Counted from the first letter of the stretch, positions 10,110-20,263 are shown. The stretch: DNA of 64,000 bases from Bacteroidales bacterium (GCA_017523725.1 JAFWVY010000033.1:15385-79384); one strand, 5' to 3'. A program made the numbers and translations. Notes: generated from the letters alone by a model not told the origin.

Positions 10110-10703
10110 TCAGAACCTGTACCGGACGCCGCCCAGGATAGTGCCCTGCTCGCCGAAGCCCAGTTCTGCGAATCCACGGACGGCAGATCCGCCGATTTCC
10201 ACCCCGATCAAGGAAATCTGGAAGTTGAAATGCACGGCGGAGTCGCTGTCATCTTCCTCGTCTTCACTGTAGCGGTCGGACTTCTCATGGCGCAGTGTGG
10301 CGCCGGCGCCGACTTTGGAATACAGCCCGACCTTGGGCCGGTTGAGCCATCCGAATTTCGCGGCCGGCATCAGGGATACATACGTGTTCTTCATCTCGCC
10401 CGTCTTTTCTCCGTGCTGGAGCACATCTTTCGTAGACTGGCCGTACACGGCGATGGCGCCGGCCGAAACCACGTTGGTGAAATGGTGGAAGTATTCCACC
10501 GAAACCGGTCCGAAGAATTCTTCGTTTTCGTATTCCGCACCGAAAATGGCGGTGAGTGCATCCTCGAAGACGTCTCCCCAGTTGGAGGTGGACAGCACGC
10601 CGATGCTGAATGCCACTTCGTTTTTTGTTTCAGGCGCATTCTGTGCCCCGGCCTGGGTCGTCACGGCAAGGAGAACTGCCGCCATCAGCAAGATTTTTTT
10701 CAT
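10110..10703 (-). CDS. small outer-membrane beta-barrel protein
   Basis: Signal peptide MKKILLMAAVLLAVTTQAGAQ, alternating hydrophobic beta-strand pattern, C-terminal ...GVRYRF (terminal Phe). Confidence 0.75.
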   Translation of the reverse strand: MKKILLMAAVLLAVTTQAGAQNAPETKNEVAFSIGVLSTSNWGDVFEDALTAIFGAEYENEEFFGPVSVEYFHHFTNVVSAGAIAVYGQSTKDVLQHGEKTGEMKNTYVSLMPAAKFGWLNRPKVGLYSKVGAGATLRHEKSDRYSEDEEDDSDSAVHFNFQISLIGVEIGGSAVRGFAELGFGEQGTILGGVRYRF

Positions 10704-10956
10704 TGTTTATAAAGTTTTTTGCTGCCGGCCATCAGCCGGTGACGTTGATTTCAATGGTACAATGATACAAAAAAATGCAATGCGGTCACATGGCACCCAG
10801 TGATGCCGCCGGATGCCGAATCGGCGAAGTCGTGCGCAGGATAACGCATGAATGACATTCCGCCGGGTAGATTTCATCATTTTTAGGGATTGCGGGCGTA
10901 TGGCACGACATATATTTTCGTAGCGCTAAAAAAAGAAATTCATCGCATTGAAAATC

Positions 10957-12267
10957 ATGAACCATCAGATATCCAAATTGGTTTCCTGCGTGCTTGTGTG
11001 TCTTGTGGCACTGACCGCCCGGGCGCAGGTAAACGCGGGCGACAGTGTCATGACCCATGTCAAGGGCAACCGTCTGAGTCTCGGGGGCTACGGCGAAGTG
11101 GCCATGACCCGCAATTTTTTCAGCGACAATCAATACAAATACCGCAATCCGGCAAAATACAAGGACGATCCGTCCAACGGCCAGTTCGACATCCCGCATG
11201 TGGTTATCTACATAGGTTATGCGTTCGACAAAGGCTGGAGCATGGGTTCCGAAATAGAGTTTGAGCATGGTGGTACGGGGACGGCTGTCGAAATCGAAGC
11301 CGACGAAGGCGGCGAATACGAGACCGAAGTCGAGAAAGGCGGCGAAGTGGCCCTGGAGCAGTTCTGGATCAACAAACGATTCTCGAAAGCCGTCAATCTC
11401 AAAATCGGGCATATTGTGGTGCCGGTAGGTCTGACCAATGCCCATCATGAACCGCTGAATTTCTTTACGGTATATCGTCCCGAAGGTGAGAACACCATCC
11501 TGCCGTGCACCTGGCACGATACCGGTATCAGCTTCTGGGGACGCGCCGGTGACTTCAAGTACGAGGTGCAGTTCCTGGCGGGACTCGATGCCTTCAGGTT
11601 CAGCCGCGACAAATGGGCGCATAATGCGGCTGGGACGGCCTACGAGTTCAAGCCGGCCAACAAGTACGGCTTTGCCGCCCGCGTGGACAACTATTCACTG
11701 CCCGGCCTGCGCATGGCGCTCAGCGGCTATTTCGGACGGGGCATGCACAACACTTTCCCCAACGAACGGGAAGGTTCGGGAAAGACCTACGACAAGACCA
11801 GGGGCGATGTCCTCATCGGGGCATTCGACTTTACGTTCAATCGTTTCAACTGGATCGTCCGCGGTAATTTCGACTACGGTACGCTGTCGGATGCGGCCGT
11901 CATCAGCAAACTGAGAATCAATACGCCGGGCGCCTCTCCTTACAACCACACCTACGCCGGCAAGGCGGCCGAAGCCTACGGTCTGGAGGCGGGTTATGAT
12001 ATTTTCTCGCAAATCGACAGGATGCGTGGCGACGGACAGAAACTTTACGTCTTCGGGCGTTACGAATATTACAACTCCTATATCAAGGAGAAGAGCGAAC
12101 CCTCTTATGAATTCACGAAGAAAAACCGGATGGCGGTGGGCGTGAATTATTATCCGGTGCCGGAAATCGCCATAAAGGCGGAGTATTCCAAGCGATTCCT
12201 CCGGACGGGATACAACGACGAGCCGTCGCTGTCCATCGGCATCGTGTACGAGGGTTTTTTTATGTAG
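10957..12267 (+). CDS. outer-membrane porin-like beta-barrel protein, first gene of the imelysin operon
   Basis: ATG at 10957 (the track start 10948 is TTG). Signal peptide ...LVALTARAQ, Gly/aromatic-rich alternating strands. Family is not assigned. Confidence 0.6.
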   Translation: MNHQISKLVSCVLVCLVALTARAQVNAGDSVMTHVKGNRLSLGGYGEVAMTRNFFSDNQYKYRNPAKYKDDPSNGQFDIPHVVIYIGYAFDKGWSMGSEIEFEHGGTGTAVEIEADEGGEYETEVEKGGEVALEQFWINKRFSKAVNLKIGHIVVPVGLTNAHHEPLNFFTVYRPEGENTILPCTWHDTGISFWGRAGDFKYEVQFLAGLDAFRFSRDKWAHNAAGTAYEFKPANKYGFAARVDNYSLPGLRMALSGYFGRGMHNTFPNEREGSGKTYDKTRGDVLIGAFDFTFNRFNWIVRGNFDYGTLSDAAVISKLRINTPGASPYNHTYAGKAAEAYGLEAGYDIFSQIDRMRGDGQKLYVFGRYEYYNSYIKEKSEPSYEFTKKNRMAVGVNYYPVPEIAIKAEYSKRFLRTGYNDEPSLSIGIVYEGFFM

Positions 12268-12273
12268 AAACAC

Positions 12274-13635
12274 ATGAAAACAAATAAAACATTAAACCAG
12301 ACAATGAAAAAAATCAAGTTTCTTTCGATGATCGCGCTTTTCGGCGCGATGACGCTGTTCGGTTTTGCTTCGTGCAACGATGACGACAACGACGATGTAC
12401 TGCAGGAACAGGATGCGGCCATGGAGGCGCTCACGAAGCAGTATGTCAACAATGTGGTGTACAACACGTACACTGCGCTGGCCGGCGAGGCTCAGACGCT
12501 CTATCAGCAAATCAACACGCTGAAAGCCAAACTGAAAGCCGGAACTGCAGTGGCGCAGAGTGAAATCGACGCCATCTGCGTGACGTACAAATTGGCCCGC
12601 AAGCACTGGGAAGAGAGTGAGGCGTTCCTGTTCGGACCGGCAGCGGACTTTGAAATCGATCCGCACATCGACACGTGGCCGCTGGATGTGGCGACGCTGG
12701 CCAAAGACCTTTCGGATGATGCCAAGATTGCAGAGCTCGACAAGGAGGACGGTATCGACTATGCCCGTGAGAACCTGACGGCGGAGAACCTCGGTTTCCA
12801 CGGCATTGAGTTCATCTTCTTCCGCAACGGAGCCAACCGCAATGTGGCGATTTTCAACAATGACGCCGTGGAGGATTATGCCTACAAGGGCACCCAGTAT
12901 TTTGCCGGGATGACGGTTACGGGCAAGGAGGAGGTTATTTTTGCATCGGCTGTGGCCGGCGACCTGCGCGACAAATGCTATCAGCTGCTGGTTTCTTGGA
13001 AAGGCTCCGGTGCATCCACTGCAGCGCAGTCCCGGATTGCAGAGCTTTTTGCGAAAGATGCGGAGGAATGGCAGCACACGGTGAAAGCCAACGGCCTCAG
13101 TTTCGGTGCGAACATGCTGGCTGCGACGACGCAGGTCAGCACCTACGCTTCCTGGCGGAAGGTGATGGAAGAGATTTTCGACGGATGCATCGACATCTGC
13201 GGTGAGGTGGGCGACCAGAAAATGGGCCAGGCCTACAGGGCCGCCACCAGCACGGTACCGACTTACCACGAAGGCGAGGACGGCGGGCAGGAACAGGACG
13301 ACCCGAACTACATTGAGTCTCCCTACAGCCACAATTCTTTTACCGATTTCTATGGCAACATCCAGAGTATCAAGAATTCCCTCTATGGTGACCGTGACCT
13401 TTCCACGCCGTCTGCCACCTCGCTCATGGCCTATCTGCAGCAGTACAACAAAGGCATGGCCGATGAGTTGGAGAATGAAATGAAGGATGCGCTGAATGCT
13501 TTGACCGCCTGTCTGAACAGTGGCGTTGCCTTTGTGGATGCGCCCGGTGCGGCGCTCGTCGGCAAAGCCATCGAAGAAGTGGGTGAGTTGGCCGACAAAC
13601 TGGCCGAAGCCAAGCGCTGGGTGCTGATGAACTAA
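12274..13635 (+). CDS. imelysin / peptidase M75-like (EfeO/IrpA-like) lipoprotein
   Basis: Lipobox FGFASC followed by an acidic run NDDDNDD. The GFHGIEFIFF motif (GxHxxE) is characteristic of imelysin-like proteins. An alternative start is M11 at 12304. Confidence 0.8.
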   Translation: MKTNKTLNQTMKKIKFLSMIALFGAMTLFGFASCNDDDNDDVLQEQDAAMEALTKQYVNNVVYNTYTALAGEAQTLYQQINTLKAKLKAGTAVAQSEIDAICVTYKLARKHWEESEAFLFGPAADFEIDPHIDTWPLDVATLAKDLSDDAKIAELDKEDGIDYARENLTAENLGFHGIEFIFFRNGANRNVAIFNNDAVEDYAYKGTQYFAGMTVTGKEEVIFASAVAGDLRDKCYQLLVSWKGSGASTAAQSRIAELFAKDAEEWQHTVKANGLSFGANMLAATTQVSTYASWRKVMEEIFDGCIDICGEVGDQKMGQAYRAATSTVPTYHEGEDGGQEQDDPNYIESPYSHNSFTDFYGNIQSIKNSLYGDRDLSTPSATSLMAYLQQYNKGMADELENEMKDALNALTACLNSGVAFVDAPGAALVGKAIEEVGELADKLAEAKRWVLMN

Positions 13636-13687
13636 GCATCCCGGGGAGCGTCCGATGACGGGCGCTTTGCAATAACGGAAAATCATG

Positions 13688-13718
13688 GAAGTTGTGCCGC
13701 AGCAACCGGCACAACTTC
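13688..13718 (+). promoter_or_regulatory. perfect 12-bp stem-loop inside the operon (between the imelysin and DUF1111 genes)
   Basis: GAAGTTGTGCCG ... CGGCACAACTTC. No T-run follows, so this is a possible mRNA processing or stability element rather than a terminator. Confidence 0.4.
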
Positions 13719-13745
13719 GTGTGTTAAACAAATAAACGAAAAGAA

Positions 13746-15482
13746 ATGAAAACCTACGGAAAAATCTTTTTGCTGACGGTACTTCTTGGCGGGTTCCTGG
13801 CGGCCTGTTCGGACGATGACAAAGGCTCGGACATCATTAGTACGACAGGAGAGGACGATTACAAGTATATCGGCCAGGAATGTGGTATATTTGCACCTGA
13901 AGAATGGTATCCGGGCGGAGAACTCGGTACGACGGAGAATGTCGGATCGACATGCTACGAAGACGAGACGCCGGCCATCACCAATGCAGACCTCACCGCC
14001 GCCTTCAAATTCGGAGAAATGCTTTTCGAACACGACTTCACGCAGACGAGCACGTCCGCTTTCGGCGGACTCGGACCGGCCTATGTGCGGACCTCCTGCA
14101 TCCACTGCCATCCGGGCTACGGCCACGGCAAGCGGATGGAGTCGTACAAGGCCGACACCCGGGGCAACGGCTATCTGCTTGTGTTCTATCATCCGGTTGA
14201 CGGTGCCGACAGCGATGACGGCCCCTATATCTCGGAGGTGACGGGCATGCCGCAGACCAAGGCCGTGGCGCCGTTCCTGCCGCCGGTGAACGAAGACCAG
14301 CTGAACCTGGAGTGGCGGACGCTGACCGAGGCTGAGATGCAGGCCTCGAGCGGGCTGTCGCTGACTTTCCCCGACGGGGAAAAGTATTCCCTGATTTATC
14401 CCGAACTGACGTTCAAGGGCGAGTTGGCTGAGGCGTTCAACACCGACCCGGTTCCCGAGAATGTAGCCTGCCGGCTGGAGTCCACCATCGGCTTGTATGG
14501 GACGGGTCTGCTGGACGCCATCCCGCAGGATTCGCTCAAGGCGGAATACGTCCGTCAGGCGGCGGCTGCAAGGGCGCGCGGGGTGGAAGTCTCGACCGTA
14601 CTGAATCCCAATTTCTGGGATGCGACAACCGACGACTGGGCTCCCGGCGCATGGTACACGCTGGCCGACGGGCAGAAGCGGATCAAACGGTTCACCTATG
14701 CCATGACGCGTGCCTCGCTGCAGGACGGCGCAGGGGCCAACGCCATGTGGAACATCCCCAACGTGAGTCGCAGCGACCGGCCGAAGCTCTACACCACTTC
14801 GGCGTGGGCCAATGCCATGTCGAAGAATGCCGATGTCATCGCAGCCATCAAAGCCGATCCTGCCTCGCCCTATTACGGCGACGGCACGGACGAGGGCATC
14901 GCGGCGGCTGTCCGGACGCTGCTCGACCCGGCGACCGACCAGTTTGACAACCCGTACCACAACTTCTCTCCGGAGATGAGCGATGTCAACTTCTGGCAGT
15001 TCATGGTATGGCACCGCGGTCTTGCAGTCCCGAGGGCGCGCGACCTGAACGACGCCACCGTCCAGCGGGGCAAGAAGTTGTTCCTGGAGATGGGCTGTGC
15101 CTCATGTCATCGGCCCAGATGGGAGACGGGTCCGGACAACTACTGGGCACCGGCCTCCATCAAAGTTAACAACCTGCCGCTGCCGACCTATGCCAACCAG
15201 ACCATTTATCCTTACACCGATATGCTGCAGCACCGGCTGTATATGAAAAATGGCATTCACGGGTCATGGTGCCGCACCACGCCGCTCTGGGGCCGCGGTT
15301 TGTCAATGGCTAACACAGGAGCCGAGGACCGGCTGCACGACTGCCGGGCACGGAACGAAATCGAAGCCATCATGTGGCACGCCTACAGCAAGAATTCCGA
15401 TTCCTACTGGAGTGCGGTCAAGTTTTACAATCTGGGCAAGTCCGACAGGGATGCAGTCGTTAAATTCTTGAAATCCATATAA
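13746..15482 (+). CDS. DUF1111-family di-heme c-type cytochrome (peroxidase/oxidoreductase-like) lipoprotein
   Basis: Lipobox FLAACS and two CxxCH heme-binding motifs (SCIHCHPG and GCASCHRP). Size is 578 aa, and it is classically paired with imelysin. Confidence 0.85.
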   Translation: MKTYGKIFLLTVLLGGFLAACSDDDKGSDIISTTGEDDYKYIGQECGIFAPEEWYPGGELGTTENVGSTCYEDETPAITNADLTAAFKFGEMLFEHDFTQTSTSAFGGLGPAYVRTSCIHCHPGYGHGKRMESYKADTRGNGYLLVFYHPVDGADSDDGPYISEVTGMPQTKAVAPFLPPVNEDQLNLEWRTLTEAEMQASSGLSLTFPDGEKYSLIYPELTFKGELAEAFNTDPVPENVACRLESTIGLYGTGLLDAIPQDSLKAEYVRQAAAARARGVEVSTVLNPNFWDATTDDWAPGAWYTLADGQKRIKRFTYAMTRASLQDGAGANAMWNIPNVSRSDRPKLYTTSAWANAMSKNADVIAAIKADPASPYYGDGTDEGIAAAVRTLLDPATDQFDNPYHNFSPEMSDVNFWQFMVWHRGLAVPRARDLNDATVQRGKKLFLEMGCASCHRPRWETGPDNYWAPASIKVNNLPLPTYANQTIYPYTDMLQHRLYMKNGIHGSWCRTTPLWGRGLSMANTGAEDRLHDCRARNEIEAIMWHAYSKNSDSYWSAVKFYNLGKSDRDAVVKFLKSI

Positions 15483-15486
15483 TAAG

Positions 15487-16170
15487 TTGAAAAAAATACT
15501 CACCTTTTTCTATGTCGTGACAGTGGTCGTAATGGCTGCTGCCACGATCATGGAGAAATTCCGGGGGACGGGTTTTGTGGCCGACTATGTCTATGGCGCA
15601 TGGTGGTTCTCGCTGCTGTGGGCTGTGCTGTGTGCTGTCGGCATCGTGTATTTCCTGAAAAGAAAGGTGAGAAGATGGAGCGTAGTGGCGCTTCATCTGT
15701 CGTTTGTCATTATCCTGCTCGGGGCGTTGCTCACGCATGTCTCGGCACGGTCGGGCCTTGTCCATTTGCGCACGGGCGAAGAGGCGAAGTCCTATTTTAC
15801 GGAGGACATGGAGACGCATCCGCTGCCTTTTACCGTCCGGCTGGACAGTTTCGCCATACGTTATCACGAAGGGACGATGGCCCCGGCCGATTACCAGTCG
15901 TCCATCATCGTTACGGACGACGGACGGCAGTGGCAGGCCGCCATCTCCATGAACCGCATTTTCTCGCACCGTCAGATACGGCTCTATCAGAGTTCGTACG
16001 ATGAAGACGGCCAAGGCTCCATCCTGGCCTTGAACAGCGATCCGTGGGGCATCCCGGTGACCTATGCCGGCTATGCCTTGCTTTTTGTCTCACTGCTGTG
16101 GATGCTGGTCGATCCCGAATGGGCCTACCGCCGGCTGCTGCGCAGCATCAAAACAGACAATCCGGTATGA
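15487..16170 (+). CDS. ccsB: short ResB/CcsB-like cytochrome c biogenesis protein
   Basis: TTG start and three N-terminal TM helices. The periplasmic segment ...ISMNRIFSHRQIRLYQSSYD is ResB-like. The stop overlaps the next start (ATGA). Confidence 0.7.
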   Translation: MKKILTFFYVVTVVVMAAATIMEKFRGTGFVADYVYGAWWFSLLWAVLCAVGIVYFLKRKVRRWSVVALHLSFVIILLGALLTHVSARSGLVHLRTGEEAKSYFTEDMETHPLPFTVRLDSFAIRYHEGTMAPADYQSSIIVTDDGRQWQAAISMNRIFSHRQIRLYQSSYDEDGQGSILALNSDPWGIPVTYAGYALLFVSLLWMLVDPEWAYRRLLRSIKTDNPV

Positions 16171-17777
16171 AAGGCGCAGTGATAATGCTTCGGAACATGT
16201 CCGCCAGGGCAGGCATGGGGCTGTGGGGGATGTGCCTGGCCTTGACTCTTGCGTTTGGCGCCGTGTTGCCGGTGGCGGCTGCCCCGGCGTTGCCCCGCGA
16301 AACGGCGGAACGGTTCGGGCGGCTCAATATGTCGTACAACGAACGCATCTGTCCGGTGCAGACCTATGCCATGGACTTTACCAGAAAACTTTACGGGAAG
16401 TCCCGCTACGACGGCTATACAGCAGAGCAGGTGCTGACGGGGTTCCTTCTGTGGCCGGACGACTGGAGCCAGGAACCCCTCATCCGGGTGAAGGGCGCTG
16501 CGCTGAAAGAAACGTTGCACCTTCCGGATTACTGTGCAGTGTCCGATTTCTTCGACCCATCGGCCGGATATGTCCTGGGGCCCTATCTGAGTGCCTACTA
16601 CCGCGGCCGGCGCGATGCCGTCGGCAAGGATGTGCTCAAGACAGATGACCGCCTGATGCTGGTCATGGATCTGCGGCAGGGCACGCCGCTCAGGCTTTTC
16701 CCGGTCACCGCCGCCTCGCAGACAACCTGGAACCCGCCCGCCGTGCAGGTGAACGGGAGTTCTGTCCCGGCGGAGGACCGGCAGTTCGCAGCCGGTTTCC
16801 TGACATCGCTCAAGGCGGCGGCGCAGGCCGGCGATTTCGCCGAAGCCGACCGTCTCATCGGACGTATGCAGGCCTACCAGGACCGACATGCGGGCCGTTC
16901 CGTGCCGTCGGAGTCCCGCCTGAAGGCAGAGTACCTTTACAATCGATTCCCGGTTGCGACATGGATGTTCATGTTCAATCTCACCCTCGGTTTCGTGTTA
17001 TTCCTGCTTTCTGTCGGCCGCATGATGGCTGGGGTACGGCGACATGGACGGATGGTCTATGCCGTTGCGGCGACCTTGCTGCTGGCTTCGTTCATCATAC
17101 TGACGGTCCATCTGGCGTTGCGCTGGAGGGTGACGGGCCATGTACCGATGTCCAACGGCTATGAAACAATGTTGCTCATGGCATGGATTGTCATGCTGAC
17201 AGCCCTTCTGACGGCCCGCCGTTTCCCCATCGTAATCGATTTCGGATTCCTGCTTTCGGGATTCTTCCTGCTGGTGAGCCATATCAACCTCATGGATCCG
17301 CAGATAGGCCACTTGATGCCGGTGCTGGATTCGCCGCTGCTGTCGCTGCATGTTTCGGTCATCATGATGTCTTTTGCGCTGCTTGCCATGACGTTTGCCT
17401 GCGGTCTGGCCGGCTTGGCGGTCGGTTTGATGCCGCGCCGCAGCAAAGAAGCGGCGGCCCGTCAGGAGCAGCTGACGTCGCTCCAGCAGCTGAGCCGGCT
17501 GTTTCTGTATCCGGCCCTTGCCGCGCTCGGTATCGGCATTTTCGTGGGTGCCATCTGGGCCAATATTTCGTGGGGCACGTATTGGTCCTGGGACCCGAAG
17601 GAGACATGGGCGCTCATCACGTTCATGGTCTATGCCGTGGCCGTCCACGGCGAATCGTTCCCGGCGCTCCGGCGTCCCCTGGGTTATCACCTCTATATGA
17701 CGCTGGCCTTCCTTACCATTCTGATGACCTATTTCGGCGTCAACTACCTTCTGGGCGGTATGCATTCTTACGCGTAG
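16167..17777 (+). CDS. ccsA: cytochrome c biogenesis protein CcsA (System II) with a ~270-aa N-terminal periplasmic extension
   Basis: ORF 16044..17777 trimmed to M42 (ATGA overlap with ccsB). Trp-rich WWD heme-handling motif WGTYWSWDPKETWALITF and multiple TM helices. Confidence 0.85.
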   Translation: MKGAVIMLRNMSARAGMGLWGMCLALTLAFGAVLPVAAAPALPRETAERFGRLNMSYNERICPVQTYAMDFTRKLYGKSRYDGYTAEQVLTGFLLWPDDWSQEPLIRVKGAALKETLHLPDYCAVSDFFDPSAGYVLGPYLSAYYRGRRDAVGKDVLKTDDRLMLVMDLRQGTPLRLFPVTAASQTTWNPPAVQVNGSSVPAEDRQFAAGFLTSLKAAAQAGDFAEADRLIGRMQAYQDRHAGRSVPSESRLKAEYLYNRFPVATWMFMFNLTLGFVLFLLSVGRMMAGVRRHGRMVYAVAATLLLASFIILTVHLALRWRVTGHVPMSNGYETMLLMAWIVMLTALLTARRFPIVIDFGFLLSGFFLLVSHINLMDPQIGHLMPVLDSPLLSLHVSVIMMSFALLAMTFACGLAGLAVGLMPRRSKEAAARQEQLTSLQQLSRLFLYPALAALGIGIFVGAIWANISWGTYWSWDPKETWALITFMVYAVAVHGESFPALRRPLGYHLYMTLAFLTILMTYFGVNYLLGGMHSYA

Positions 17778-17907
17778 GTACGGGGTCTGTCGCTTTCTTC
17801 ATGTTTTTTGCGATATTTGTATCCCGGCAAACCGGCAAACATGCGCGTAGGTCATGCTTTTTCCCGGCCGCGCCGTCCCATTCGAAGAACCTGTAACAAA
17901 ATATACA

Positions 17908-19020
17908 ATGAAAAAGATCTTTCTGTTGCTGACACTTTTTGCCGGCTGTCTCACGGGCCGGGCCCAGGAAGCGCCCGAGTCGCCCGATTGGTTCGATGTC
18001 TCATGGGTGCATCATGTTGCGACCGGAGGATCCGATGAATCCAAAGGTTTGCTGCAGTTTATGATGTTTCCCGCCGGGACGGTGGAGGCCAACGAGGCCC
18101 TTTTCTCCGAATTTAAAACATTGATGGAAGAGATCATGCAGGTGAAAATTAACCAGACACTTCCGGCAAATCTGCAGGAGATGGAGGACAACATCAGGCA
18201 GGCCCGGGAGCAGCTGAAGGACCATCCGGAACTCCTGGCTCAGATAGACGAGGCGTTCAAACAGTTTGAGGGACAGAAACAGGATGCCCTGAAGGAGTAC
18301 ACCGACGACAGGAAATCATATTCCATCGATCCCGCCGCCCTGCTGCGCAGACTCCAGGCGCTGGCCGTGAACCACAAGGCTTATACGGGATGGTGGGAGG
18401 CCGGCAAGGGCCTTTACAGTGTTATCGAGGCGCCGCGTTATGCAAATCTCAACGAAGACCCCATGTATTCCGCCACCAAGATTACGATGGCCGACGGGGA
18501 TCGCTATAAGTGGGGGCTCATTGACGAAAACGGCCGCCAGATTCTGCCTTTCCAGTACAGCAGTTGTAACGTCCATGCGCTTTTCAGCAACGGTTTCCCC
18601 GAAGATGATGTGATGTTTCTCTATAAGCAGGATCCCGACGGCAGTGTCCACGCCGGCGCCATCGATTACAGCGGCCGTGTGCGCATTCCGTTCATCTACG
18701 ATGATAACCGCGACGAAGTTTACCACCACCAGGAGGCCGTTCCCTTCGAAAAAAACGGCAAGGTGGGCTGGGTGAGCAGACGTACGGGCGAAGTCATGGA
18801 ACCGTTCGAATACGAGACCTGCAAGGCCATCGCTTACGGCTGGCTCGTCAGCAAAGGCGGCAAGTACGGGTTCGTGAGCAGGAATTCGGGCAAGCTGGTT
18901 GTCCCGGTCAAATACAAAGGGCTGTGGGATGAGGGCCCCGAAATGCTCCGCTTCGACGGCAAGGTCGATATCTACGACGAGAACGGCCGTCTACAGGGCG
19001 AGAAGGCGGTGGAGGAGTAA
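17908..19020 (+). CDS. WG-repeat (KWG-type) containing secreted protein
   Basis: Signal peptide MKKIFLLLTLFAGCLTGRAQ. The repeats KWGLIDENGRQILPFQY, KVGWVSRRTGEVMEPFEY and KYGFVSRNSGKLVVPVKY are present. Confidence 0.75.
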   Translation: MKKIFLLLTLFAGCLTGRAQEAPESPDWFDVSWVHHVATGGSDESKGLLQFMMFPAGTVEANEALFSEFKTLMEEIMQVKINQTLPANLQEMEDNIRQAREQLKDHPELLAQIDEAFKQFEGQKQDALKEYTDDRKSYSIDPAALLRRLQALAVNHKAYTGWWEAGKGLYSVIEAPRYANLNEDPMYSATKITMADGDRYKWGLIDENGRQILPFQYSSCNVHALFSNGFPEDDVMFLYKQDPDGSVHAGAIDYSGRVRIPFIYDDNRDEVYHHQEAVPFEKNGKVGWVSRRTGEVMEPFEYETCKAIAYGWLVSKGGKYGFVSRNSGKLVVPVKYKGLWDEGPEMLRFDGKVDIYDENGRLQGEKAVEE

Positions 19021-19139
19021 CTGATCCGCCATATCATGGGAACAGGCACCTCCCGGCAGTGACACCACAACCAAGGGAGGTCACGCGTTTGACGGTGTGT
19101 TCGTGCATAATCGGGTATAAGGAACAAAGCAGCGGCTTC

Positions 19140-20111
19140 TCAGCCTTCCCTATGGGCGAAGATATTGGCCAGAATCGTACCGCTGATGCTGTGCCAGGCG
19201 CAGGAGATGGCGCAGGGCACTACAGCCATGGGGTTGGCGGCCACGAAGAAGGTCATGGCAAGGTTGGTCCCCAGGCCTGCGTTCTGCATGCCAACTTCGA
19301 TCGAGAGGGTACGCTTCTTGGCGGTACTGAACTTGAAGAACCGTCCCACGGTGTAGCCCAGCACATATCCTATGCTGTTATGGAAGAAAACCGTACAGAA
19401 AGTGAGCAGGAACAGCACGATGCCGTTCTCGACCAGCGGGTCGTGAACGGTGGAGACGACTCCGCCGACGATACAGGCGAGACATATGACCGACAGTCCC
19501 GGCATCCATGCTTGAACCTTGCGGAAGACGGCTTTGTGGCCCAGCCACAGGTTGAGCAGGAATCCGACGGAGATCGGGATAATGGTCACGATGAGGATCT
19601 GGCGGAACATTCCGATGGCGTCCACGTTGACACGCTCGCCGGCCAGCAGGAGCACCAGCAACGGCGTCAGCACTGGCGCGAGAAGAGTCGATGTGCAGGT
19701 CATTCCCACGGAATAGGCCACGTCGGCCTTGCAGAGGAATGACATGATGTTGCTGGACACACCGCCCGGACAGCAGCCGACGAGGATGAGGCCTATGGCT
19801 ATTGCGGTATTGTATGGAGCGAAAGCGGGAATCAGGCCAAAAAGCCACGAGAGAGAGAACGCCACCAGCGGCATGATGGTGAATTGGGCCACCGCTCCGA
19901 TGAGGATGTCTAGCGGCCGCTGCGCCAGTAGCTTGAAATCCTGTGGCGTGAGGGTGAGCCCCATCGTCAGCATGATGATTCCGAGGATGATGGTCTGCGA
20001 GTCTCCCTTGACCCACGTGAAAATTTGTGGGAAGAAGAACGTGACCACGGCGGTCAGGATGATGAAGATGCTTGCCTTGCCGCTTAAAAAATCGCTGATC
20101 TTTCTGAGCAT
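19140..20111 (-). CDS. bile acid:sodium symporter (BASS) family transporter
   Basis: 323 aa polytopic membrane protein. MLTMGLTL...DF and CCPGGVSSN are typical of the SBF/BASS family. Confidence 0.85.
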   Translation of the reverse strand: MLRKISDFLSGKASIFIILTAVVTFFFPQIFTWVKGDSQTIILGIIMLTMGLTLTPQDFKLLAQRPLDILIGAVAQFTIMPLVAFSLSWLFGLIPAFAPYNTAIAIGLILVGCCPGGVSSNIMSFLCKADVAYSVGMTCTSTLLAPVLTPLLVLLLAGERVNVDAIGMFRQILIVTIIPISVGFLLNLWLGHKAVFRKVQAWMPGLSVICLACIVGGVVSTVHDPLVENGIVLFLLTFCTVFFHNSIGYVLGYTVGRFFKFSTAKKRTLSIEVGMQNAGLGTNLAMTFFVAANPMAVVPCAISCAWHSISGTILANIFAHREG

Positions 20112-20229
20112 ATGGATGTTGACAGTTCAGGCCACAAAAATAGCAATTTGCCGGCAAACCGCCACTGTCCGCAGTGTCCGCACTCTCCTGCCATAGTTTT
20201 GATGTCACAAGACGAAGACATCTCTGATG

Positions 20230-20263
20230 AAAAAAAAAAGAGGATGACTTTTTAGTCACCCTC
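20230..20263 (-). terminator. strong intrinsic terminator on the minus strand
   Basis: Minus-strand read: GAGGGTGACT-AAAA-AGTCATCCTC followed by T10. Confidence 0.65.

Noticed and set aside
10848-10956. Possible Fur-box-like sites upstream of the imelysin operon (GAATGACATTC palindrome at 10850-10860; ATTGAAAATCAT near 10946)
   Set aside because: There is only weak resemblance to the GATAATGATAATCATTATC consensus, and the Bacteroidetes Fur operator is not well enough defined for a by-eye call.
12292-15014. 479-aa and 443-aa minus-strand ORFs (12292..13731 and 13683..15014) opposite the imelysin and DUF1111 genes
   Set aside because: These are antisense shadows. Their composition is dominated by R/G/V/H, while the plus-strand genes carry lipoboxes, GxHxxE and two CxxCH motifs.
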